The notes under the pieces: model-generated
Told to the model about the DNA's origin: nothing
Database searches by the model: none
The model's input: the letters and a program-made list of their open reading frames with translations, nothing else
In this document: positions 23,222-30,869 of the stretch, piece by piece
Position numbering within the stretch: the first letter of the stretch is position 1
Layout of the letters: each line of letters starts with the position of its first letter
Translations under genes and position numbers: made by a program
Assembly (NCBI RefSeq): GCF_000172995.2
Contig: NC_014735.1
Span: forward strand, 180,001 to 212,000
Direction: 5' to 3'
DNA: 32,000 nt
Source: Halogeometricum borinquense DSM 11551
Lineage (GTDB): Archaea > Halobacteriota > Halobacteria > Halobacteriales > Haloferacaceae

Positions 23222-24145
23222 TTATTCGAGATAGTACTCGACGGTTTCTTCGAGTCCTTCTTCGAAGGTGTACGCCGGTTCCCAGCCCAACGATTCTATT
23301 TTCTCGGTTTCGAGGGCGTACCGCTGGTCGTGACCCGCCCGATCCTCGACGAATTCGATGAGGGCTTTGTCTGCTCCAACAGCATCGAGAATCGCTTCGG
23401 TGACCTCTAAGTTCGTTTTCTCCGCGTGACTGCCGATGTTGTATATCTCACCAATCTCTCCCTCGCGGAGGACGGTATCGAGTGCTCGACAGTTGTCTTC
23501 GGCGTAGATCCACTCTCTGACGTTCGATCCGTCACCGTAGACGGGGAGTGATTTGCCCTCGCTGGCGTTCTTGATAAACTTCGGGATGAGTTTCTCTGGA
23601 TGTTGTCGCGGGCCGAAGTTGTTGCACGTCCGCGTAATGAGCACCGGAAGGTCGTGTGTCGTCTCGAAACTCTTTGCGAGATGGTCGGCACTCGCCTTCG
23701 TCGCGGAATAGGGGTTTCGAGGATTGAGTGGGTCATCTTCGGAGAACTTCCCGTCTAGAATCTGTCCGTAGACTTCGTCGGTCGAAATCTGGAGGAACCG
23801 TTCGATTCCCGAATCCTTGGCTGCATCGAGGAGCGTCTGCGTCCCCTGTACGTTTGTTTCGACAAACGGCTTTGCACCCTCGATCGACCGGTCCACATGT
23901 GATTCTGCGGCGAAGTTGACGACTGTATCCACGTCAGCGACGAGGTCGCGGACGAGTTCTTCGTCTCGAATGTCACCTTCGATGAATTCGTGGCGTGGAT
24001 TGTCGAGGACGCCTTCTAAGTTCTCCTTCGAACCAGCGTACGTGAGCGCGTCGAGTGTAACGACTTCGTCATCGTACTGTTCGATCACGTAGTGGACGAA
24101 GTTTGAGCCGATGAATCCAGCGCCTCCAGTGACGAGTATTCGCAT
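23222..24145 (-). CDS. rmlB: dTDP-glucose 4,6-dehydratase
   Basis: MRILVTGGAGFIGSNFVHYV Rossmann motif, catalytic YSATKASADHL (YxxxK), conserved TRTCNNFGPRQHPEKLIP. Confidence 0.95.
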   Translation of the reverse strand: MRILVTGGAGFIGSNFVHYVIEQYDDEVVTLDALTYAGSKENLEGVLDNPRHEFIEGDIRDEELVRDLVADVDTVVNFAAESHVDRSIEGAKPFVETNVQGTQTLLDAAKDSGIERFLQISTDEVYGQILDGKFSEDDPLNPRNPYSATKASADHLAKSFETTHDLPVLITRTCNNFGPRQHPEKLIPKFIKNASEGKSLPVYGDGSNVREWIYAEDNCRALDTVLREGEIGEIYNIGSHAEKTNLEVTEAILDAVGADKALIEFVEDRAGHDQRYALETEKIESLGWEPAYTFEEGLEETVEYYLE

Positions 24146-24199
24146 GATCGGGTAATCGTCAGTAGCACCTATTTACGTTTTCATTGAGACAGGGGGCAT

Positions 24200-25105
24200 A
24201 TGCAACTCCTCATCCTCGGCGCGAACGGACTCCTCGGATCGAACGTCGTCACCGCTGCGCAGGACCGTGGCTGGAGGACTACAGGTACCTATCACTCCGA
24301 ACGACCCACGTTCGATATCCCCCTTCATCAGATCGATATTACGAACACAGATGCGGTCCAGCGCGTCCTCTCGGAGGTAGAACCCGACTGGGTCGTCAAC
24401 TGCGCAGCGATGACTGACGTTGACGGTTGTGAGGAGAATACCGAGCACGCACACGAGGTGAATGCGCGCGCACCTGGTGAGATTGCGAGTCAGTGTGTCG
24501 AGTCTTCGATTCGGTTCCTTCACGTCTCAACTGATTACGTTTTCGACGGCACCGTGAATGGAGTATACGAGGAGGACGACGCGCCACAGCCGATACAGGA
24601 GTACGGCAAATCGAAATTCGCAGGCGAAAACGAAGTTGTAGAGCGCGACCCGGACGCGCTCATCACGCGACTTTCGTTCGTCTACGGTATGCATCGCGGC
24701 TCCGATCAGTTGACCGGATTTCCTGCATGGGTTCGGGGGCGACTGCTTGACGGCGAGCAAACTCCACTTTTCACCGATCAACACGTCACTCCGACACGTG
24801 CGGGCCAGGCCGCCGAAACTATCTGCGACCTCATCGACGCCGACGAATCGGGACTGTTCCATGTCGCCGCGCAGTCCTGTACGACCCCCTACGAGTTCGG
24901 GGCAGCGATTGCTGGTCAGCTCGGGATGGACGAGACACTTCTCACTCAGGGATCACAGTCGGACGTGAATCGACCGGCTGAGCGACCGTCACGCACGTGT
25001 CTCAATGTTTCAAAAGTCGAGGAGACGCTCGGTAGGGCGCAACCGACGCTCACGACGGATCTCGACGCGATCAGTGACGCGTTCGATACGGCGACCCTCG
25101 ATTAA
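24200..25105 (+). CDS. rmlD: dTDP-4-dehydrorhamnose reductase
   Basis: MQLLILGANGLLGSNVV, VVNCAAMTDVDGCE, HVSTDYVFDG, YGKSKFAGE (YxxxK). Divergent from rmlB across 54 nt. Confidence 0.9.
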   Translation: MQLLILGANGLLGSNVVTAAQDRGWRTTGTYHSERPTFDIPLHQIDITNTDAVQRVLSEVEPDWVVNCAAMTDVDGCEENTEHAHEVNARAPGEIASQCVESSIRFLHVSTDYVFDGTVNGVYEEDDAPQPIQEYGKSKFAGENEVVERDPDALITRLSFVYGMHRGSDQLTGFPAWVRGRLLDGEQTPLFTDQHVTPTRAGQAAETICDLIDADESGLFHVAAQSCTTPYEFGAAIAGQLGMDETLLTQGSQSDVNRPAERPSRTCLNVSKVEETLGRAQPTLTTDLDAISDAFDTATLD

Positions 25106-25112
25106 CGCCTCG

Positions 25113-25292
25113 TCAGATCTCGTAGCGGTCCTTGTTTTCGAGGAAGTGCTCTTGTGCTTCGACTGGGAGTTCGCTGAATCGGTGGACGTGTTCGCACCCG
25201 AAGCCCGGGCACTTCATCACGCGGTTCGATTCGAGTTCGTTCGCCGCGACGACGGTGCCGCACTCAGGACATGTTGTAGTGATGATGCGCAT
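25113..25292 (-). CDS. Small zinc-ribbon protein (59 aa, CPxCG...CPGFGC), not in the ORF track, translationally coupled to rmlA
   Basis: Base-by-base reverse-complement translation: MRIITTTCPECGTVVAANELESNRVMKCPGFGCEHVHRFSELPVEAQEHFLENKDRYEI*. The ATG (25290-25292) is 2 nt downstream of the rmlA TAA (25295-25297). Just below the 60-aa track cutoff. Confidence 0.6.
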   Translation of the reverse strand: MRIITTTCPECGTVVAANELESNRVMKCPGFGCEHVHRFSELPVEAQEHFLENKDRYEI

Positions 25293-25294
25293 TG

Positions 25295-26368
25295 TTAGAG
25301 CTTCAGTTGTGAATTCTCTCCGACAACGAGGCGGCGTCCCTCGGGGAGATGTTCGTCCGCGCTCTCAAGATTCGCACTCCGGCCGAGCAGACTATCGACG
25401 ATGCGGCCCGAAGCAGTTATCTCGGAGTCACCGATCACAACGCTGTTCTCGATGTGCGTGTCCGCTAACGTCGAGTTCGCACCGATAGACGTGTACGGAC
25501 CGACGTAGGTGCCGCTTTTGATGGTCGTGTTCTCCGCGATGGACGCCGGCCCTCGGACTACTGCTCCGTCCTCGATGACTGCCGACGGCGCGAGTTCGAC
25601 GCGACCGTGCGTTTCGGCACCGTCTTCGACAGTTCCCTCGGTTTCGAGCGTTTTTTCTTCGAGTACGAGGCGGTTCGCTTCTAGGATGTCCTCGGGTTTC
25701 CCCGTGTCCTTCCACCAGCCTGTGACCACGTGTGAGTCGATTTCGTGGCCGTCTTCGAGGAGATGTTGAATCGCATCCGTGATTTCGAGTTCGCCGCGCC
25801 ACGACGGTTCGAGGTCGTCAATCGCGTCGAAGACGGCGGGCGAGAAGACGTACATCCCGATGAGTGCGAGATTCGTCGGGGGGTCGTCTGGTTTCTCGAT
25901 GAGTTCCGTGACGTTTTGCTGGTCATCGACATCCGCGATACCGAACGCCTGCGGATTATCGACTTCCTGTAGTGCGATACCTGCGCCGTAGTCACCGGAC
26001 TCGAAGCTCTCGACAAGGTCAGTGACACCCGATTTCAGGATGTTATCACCGAGGTACATCACGAAGTCGTCGTCTCCGACGAAATCTCGCGCACATCCCG
26101 CGGCGTGTGCGAGTCCGAGCGGGTTCCCCTGGACAATGTACGTGATATCCACACCGTACTTCGATCCGTCCCCGAGGAGCTCCTGAATGTCTTCGCGGCC
26201 TTTGTGGCCGAGAATCACTCCGATCTCGGTGATTCCTGCTTCTTTGAGGTCTTCGATTGCGTATTCGAGTACCGGCTTGTTTGCAACTGGAACAAGCTGC
26301 TTCGGACCAGTGTGAGTAATGGGCCGAAGACGCGAACCTGTCCCTCCCGAAAGTAAAACGCCTTTCAT
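25295..26368 (-). CDS. rmlA: Glucose-1-phosphate thymidylyltransferase (long form with a C-terminal left-handed beta-helix)
   Basis: MKGVLLSGGTGSRLRPITHTGPKQLVPVANKPVLEY nucleotidyltransferase signature. The hexapeptide-repeat C-terminus (…IGANSTLADTHIENSVVIGDSEI…) fits this family. Confidence 0.9.
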   Translation of the reverse strand: MKGVLLSGGTGSRLRPITHTGPKQLVPVANKPVLEYAIEDLKEAGITEIGVILGHKGREDIQELLGDGSKYGVDITYIVQGNPLGLAHAAGCARDFVGDDDFVMYLGDNILKSGVTDLVESFESGDYGAGIALQEVDNPQAFGIADVDDQQNVTELIEKPDDPPTNLALIGMYVFSPAVFDAIDDLEPSWRGELEITDAIQHLLEDGHEIDSHVVTGWWKDTGKPEDILEANRLVLEEKTLETEGTVEDGAETHGRVELAPSAVIEDGAVVRGPASIAENTTIKSGTYVGPYTSIGANSTLADTHIENSVVIGDSEITASGRIVDSLLGRSANLESADEHLPEGRRLVVGENSQLKL

Positions 26369-26395
26369 CGACGTGCGTTGGTACCTTACAAGACG

Positions 26396-26403
26396 TTAAA
26401 TAA
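26396..26403 (-). promoter_or_regulatory. TATA box (TTATTTAA on the minus strand) for rmlA
   Basis: Centred ~32 nt upstream of the rmlA ATG (26366-26368), which suggests a leaderless or very short-leader transcript. Confidence 0.5.
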
Positions 26404-26434
26404 GTTCGTGCCTCACTGACAGACGCCTGTTTGC

Positions 26435-26974
26435 TCAGCCGTGAATCTCGGCGTTCCAGTCGTACGGAATCCGGTCGTCGTCGTACGGGATGCGCTCCTC
26501 GTCGGGGTCTTCGTAGTCGTAGAGGTTCGTCGGGTAGTTGATGAGGAATGCTGGCTCGTCGCCGATGGCTTTGAATCCGTGCCAGCAGTCGCCGGGGATG
26601 CGGATGACTTGCTGGTTGTGTTCGCCGATGACGAACGTGTCGAGTTCTCCGTTAGTTGGTGAGTCCTGTCGGTCGTCGTAGATTCCGACCGTGATTCTAC
26701 CTTTCGGGCAGACGAAGTGGTCGATCTGGCCTTCGAGGTGCCGATGCCAGGCTCTGACGACACCGGGGTAGGTCATCGAGTAATAGGACATTGCCGGGTC
26801 AATATCGTATTCGTCCCAGTCCTCACGGAATACTTCGACAAGGTGGCCGCGTTGGTCGGCGTTGACTTGCAGGTCGCGGACTTCAACGTCGTGGATGTTC
26901 GGCATCTCTACATTGAACGCTTCGCCGGTTCGTCTTAGAAGTAGTGGTCCGGGGTTGATGTCCCCCTTCTCCAC
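26435..26974 (-). CDS. rmlC: dTDP-4-dehydrorhamnose 3,5-epimerase (cupin)
   Basis: NADQRGHLVEVFRED, VVRAWHRH, QVIRIPGDCWHGFKAIGDEPAFLINYPTNLYD are cupin/RmlC-like. The alternative internal ATG at 26905 (MPNIHDVEV...) would give the more typical ~156 aa. Confidence 0.85.
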   Translation of the reverse strand: MEKGDINPGPLLLRRTGEAFNVEMPNIHDVEVRDLQVNADQRGHLVEVFREDWDEYDIDPAMSYYSMTYPGVVRAWHRHLEGQIDHFVCPKGRITVGIYDDRQDSPTNGELDTFVIGEHNQQVIRIPGDCWHGFKAIGDEPAFLINYPTNLYDYEDPDEERIPYDDDRIPYDWNAEIHG

Positions 26975-27087
26975 TGTGTCCCCTTCTGAGTGCGATACTC
27001 GTTTTCCGTCACCGATAAGTTCTCTCCGGAAATCGTCACCTACGTGATTGACAACGAAGTCTGCACATCTCGAAGGAGGGTTTCGCG

Positions 27088-28512
27088 TTGAATCTTGCTC
27101 GTTCGAGTGTCAAGCTCTTCTTAGCGAACGTCATTAGTGCCGGGATCCAATTCCTTGGAATTACGTTCTTCGCTCGGGAACTCGGTGCCTCTCAGATGGG
27201 TGTCTTCTTCCTCTTTCAGGCTTTACTCGGAATGCTCGCTATCCCTGCCGACTTCGGTTTGCGTGGCGCGGTTGAGAAACGCATCAGTGAAGGGGAGTCT
27301 CCGGGTGCCTTCTTGTCCAGTGCAGTTCTGCTGAAGTTGATCCCACTGGCTCTCATCGTCTTGGGGATTCTGTTGTTCCGTTCGTGGATTAACAGCTATC
27401 TGGGGGCGGATCTTGCTGTGTGGCTCGCGCTTGCTATCGTATTACAGGAAGCTGCTCAGTTGGCCGTTGTTGTACTGAAGGGAGAGCTCCGAGTTGGTGA
27501 GACAGCAGTGTTGAAACTCGCTCGACGAATATCATGGGTCGGCGGAGGTGCTCTTCTTGTCGTCTCTGGATTGAAAGCTGAAGCTCTGATTTACAGCCTA
27601 TTGGGTGGTATGTGTGTAATATTGGTTTGGGGATGGTACAAAAGTTCAATTTCCCTGCAGAGGCCATCTGCTTCCCATGCCCGTTCGTTATTTGACTACA
27701 GTAGGTATAATGTCATTTCATCTATCGGTGGGTACTTTTATAGTTGGATGGACGTCGCGATTATTGGGTTATTTCTCACGCAAGCAGATGTTGGAGCATA
27801 CGAAACTGCATGGCGTGTGACTACCATTACGATGCTGTTCAGTAGGGCAATTGCTTCAACGATTTTTCCGCAAGTGAGCCAGTGGAATACTGAAGACGAA
27901 AAAGACCGAATTGAGTCGGTTATCAATAACTCAATGGTTCCTTCTATGGTCTTAGTTATACCGGCGTTCTTCGGTACAATTGTTTTCTCTCGTGAGATCT
28001 TGGGCTTAGTTTTTGGCACAGAATTCGCTATTGCATCGGTTGTTTTGGTTATTTTGACAGGGGAGAAGATACTCCAGTCCGTTCATATTATTCTTGGTAG
28101 AGCACTCCAAGGAATAGATCGACCCGATTTAGCGGCATGGGCAACTGTGGTTTCTGTAGCTTTGAACCTCATACTAAATGTCGTTTTGATCCTCTCATTC
28201 AACGACATTGTTGGTGCTGCCTGTGCGACGGCTATCTCATTTGCACTAAATACTGTTCTTCATGCGTATTTCCTCTCGAAATACTTGACAATCAGACCTC
28301 CATATGCAGAAATTGGTTGGTGTGTTTTCTCATCGGTTATGATGGCTCTACTATTGGAAGGTATTCAGACTATAGTTACTGTGGAGACTCTACCACAGTT
28401 GTTCCTTGCTGTAATATTCGGTGCAGTAACGTATGGGTTCTTTATTCTACTCTTCCGCCCTATTCGTACGTCTGTGTTTAGAAACTTGAGGAACGCAGTT
28501 GGTGTGAGCTAG
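27088..28512 (+). CDS. Oligosaccharide flippase (Wzx/MOP superfamily, AglR-like polysaccharide biosynthesis protein)
   Basis: TTG start preceded by GGAGG (27074-27078). About 12-14 TM helices. The N-terminus SSVKLFLANVISAGIQFLGITFFARELGASQMGVFFLFQALLGML is typical of Wzx-type proteins. GC content falls along the gene. Confidence 0.85.
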   Translation: MNLARSSVKLFLANVISAGIQFLGITFFARELGASQMGVFFLFQALLGMLAIPADFGLRGAVEKRISEGESPGAFLSSAVLLKLIPLALIVLGILLFRSWINSYLGADLAVWLALAIVLQEAAQLAVVVLKGELRVGETAVLKLARRISWVGGGALLVVSGLKAEALIYSLLGGMCVILVWGWYKSSISLQRPSASHARSLFDYSRYNVISSIGGYFYSWMDVAIIGLFLTQADVGAYETAWRVTTITMLFSRAIASTIFPQVSQWNTEDEKDRIESVINNSMVPSMVLVIPAFFGTIVFSREILGLVFGTEFAIASVVLVILTGEKILQSVHIILGRALQGIDRPDLAAWATVVSVALNLILNVVLILSFNDIVGAACATAISFALNTVLHAYFLSKYLTIRPPYAEIGWCVFSSVMMALLLEGIQTIVTVETLPQLFLAVIFGAVTYGFFILLFRPIRTSVFRNLRNAVGVS

Positions 28513-28861
28513 CGATATTAAAAAATCTGGAAGTAAATCCATGATTATTATATTTGGTGTCTTTAATTCATGGTTAAATTGTATCTCTATTTGTATCCTT
28601 TTCTGCGCCAAGTTTATCAATGAGCGAATAGTATTGGCGTTCATAGGGTATTGTGCATACGTTCGATATACTGTGGCCCAATCTATTGATGAGATGCTTT
28701 ATTCCCAACCTTGTTGTATCTTTGAGTAGATGGCTTTCAGTAGTCTGTATAAAAACTATCTTATGAATGGTAGACTTTGCTTGAAGACAGTTAAATTATC
28801 TACGCCTCTTAATTTAGAGATACACCGAGAAGATAATATGTGTTGTCGTTGGGGGTAACTG

Positions 28862-30721
28862 ATGTTGCAAGTATTTCGGAAATTAGATCGGACTGTCGCT
28901 TTAACAGGCATTGTTTCCCTTGCTGTTGCATTATTCATTATTGGAACAACACTTGGTCCGGAAACAGCAATAAAAGGGTCATATATGCTCCTAGCTATGG
29001 TCTTGGCAACTTTCCTTTATAACCGCAACCCAAGCTGGGATAATAGTTTGACAGTTGGTCTCTCCGCACCCAACATAACGAAATTGATGGTTTTTGTCTT
29101 TTTGACTTCAATACTGTTATCATTCACTATTGAGCAACGATGGCTGATTTTAATAACTACTCTCCCGATTGGTTATTACCTTGTCATTAGTGGAATTCAT
29201 CGTTCTGAGCTACCATCTCCTGCCTGGATATTTATTCAAGTTTCTATTTTATTTTCAATTCCTCTAATCACGGAATTAGTACAAACCGGGGTATATTTTG
29301 GAAATGGAGATCTACTTAAGCATAGCCGGTTTGTCACTGAATTAGTCGAACAAGGTACTATTGAAGCGATACCGTCTGATTACAGTTCTCTTCCTGGACT
29401 ACATCTATTAATTGGACAGATACATACCGTCACAAATTTGCCTGTAATTTTATCCATTAGTGTAACTGGAATCATAGTATATGCTGTCTCCGGAATTGGA
29501 TTAGTATTTACTCTGGCTAACAGAGTTCTAACTAAACGCTTAGCTTTCTACTCGGTTGTTGTTGGATCTGCTGTGGTTCAGATGACATACTTTTCCCTTT
29601 ATTTCTTTCCACAGTCGTTGGGAGTTCTTTTATTGATAACTTCTCTTTTTGCCGGAACTGCAGGTAGCATTCAGCAAGATAGAAGGTTAATACTCTTGTC
29701 AGTTCTTACGGCAATAATTGTTGTTTTCACACATCATCTTTCACTTATACTATTTCTTCCCATTTTACTGGTACTCTCCATATGCGCCCATCGATCAGTG
29801 TTATCTGCTCGAATTGTTACCCCAACAGCACTCGGTTTCTTAGCGGGATTGGCATACTGGTCCCTCCTAGTTGATAATTTCATAACTAACTTTGTGAGCT
29901 TTGCTATGGGAACTATTTCTGGGGTTACTGCAAGTAACCAAGGAGCCTCATCGGTTTTCTATTACGGAGTTCAACCAAAATCGGAGACACTTGGAGACGC
30001 AGCTTTGAGTTTAATTTCTGTTGATGGTTTATACTATATTGCTATTGCGACTCTCTGTATTATTGGGGTATTGGCTGTTTTGGGAGCAACTTCTAGAGGT
30101 TATAGTATCTCTCCATACTTGCTGTTAGCAATCGTTTCTATTCCGTTTATACTGAAAACACCACTTGCGATCAAGTCATTGACTCGGCTGCAACTTCCTC
30201 TTGCCTTCTTCCTCTCAATGATTGTAGGACTAGGAATAAAGAATGCACTAAATACCAGAACACGGATAAAAAAAGCAGGAGCTTTATTGACTGTACTCGT
30301 GCTATGCGTGACTGGTCCACTTGTTGCCGCCGAGGATTTCTCTGACTCAAATCGCCCTGCCCAATATCAGTTTACAGACTCGGAATATGAGCAACTGAAC
30401 AGCGTGGGTACTTTCGCTGAACACTCTCGTATGTCAACGACCCTTTGGGCAGACAGACAGGGCCTCTATTCGTTAGGATATACTTCTTCTGGTCGTGTTA
30501 CCTTACGCCGTTCTGGAATAGAATATCCTGAAGGCGTTTTCATTTATAGAACTCGGTGGCCTGAACATCGAATGTCTGTCACTACAAGTCCAGTATATTC
30601 CAATAAGGTCGTGATGTCTGATATGTGGCTTTCGGATAGCATTGAATCCTCACACAAAGTATTTTCATCCGGTCAAGTTGGTGTTATTTGGTCAGGAAAT
30701 AGAACGACATTGTCTCCGTAG
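28862..30721 (+). CDS. Low-GC polytopic membrane protein, candidate GT-C-like glycosyltransferase or glycan polymerase, with a C-terminal extracytoplasmic domain
   Basis: 619 aa with more than 12 hydrophobic helices. Loop GNGDLLKHSRFVTELVEQGTI and a C-terminal domain share motifs with the 14417..16075 product. No WWDYG motif, so it is not AglB/STT3. Confidence 0.75.
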   Translation: MLQVFRKLDRTVALTGIVSLAVALFIIGTTLGPETAIKGSYMLLAMVLATFLYNRNPSWDNSLTVGLSAPNITKLMVFVFLTSILLSFTIEQRWLILITTLPIGYYLVISGIHRSELPSPAWIFIQVSILFSIPLITELVQTGVYFGNGDLLKHSRFVTELVEQGTIEAIPSDYSSLPGLHLLIGQIHTVTNLPVILSISVTGIIVYAVSGIGLVFTLANRVLTKRLAFYSVVVGSAVVQMTYFSLYFFPQSLGVLLLITSLFAGTAGSIQQDRRLILLSVLTAIIVVFTHHLSLILFLPILLVLSICAHRSVLSARIVTPTALGFLAGLAYWSLLVDNFITNFVSFAMGTISGVTASNQGASSVFYYGVQPKSETLGDAALSLISVDGLYYIAIATLCIIGVLAVLGATSRGYSISPYLLLAIVSIPFILKTPLAIKSLTRLQLPLAFFLSMIVGLGIKNALNTRTRIKKAGALLTVLVLCVTGPLVAAEDFSDSNRPAQYQFTDSEYEQLNSVGTFAEHSRMSTTLWADRQGLYSLGYTSSGRVTLRRSGIEYPEGVFIYRTRWPEHRMSVTTSPVYSNKVVMSDMWLSDSIESSHKVFSSGQVGVIWSGNRTTLSP

Positions 30722-30869
30722 ATGGTTATTTAGGTATAACTGTTTAATGCTTTCCGCGATTGGAGAAGCGTGCAACTTAAACTGACGGTTCCCCCCACCT
30801 AGCGGTGATTTCCTTGTCGTTGTAATGTGGTATTGCGGCTTTTTCTCTTACTAATAGTTTGTTTTAGTC

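Noticed and set aside
26975-27600. Integrative element boundary (att site, integrase, tRNA) at the GC break
   Set aside because: I saw no tRNA-like sequence, integrase/transposase ORF or obvious direct repeat at the transition. The island is called on composition only.
28541-28938. Small ORFs (62 aa plus strand, 60 aa minus strand) in the AT-rich spacer of the low-GC island
   Set aside because: They are Cys/Ile/Phe-rich products of AT-rich DNA with no motifs or start signals. The region more probably holds promoter DNA or a decayed remnant. I cannot exclude a pseudogene fragment without a database search.
28862-30721. Possibility that the 619-aa membrane protein is the oligosaccharyltransferase AglB/STT3
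   Set aside because: It has no WWDYG motif and is far shorter than archaeal AglB proteins. The same is true of the 552-aa protein.
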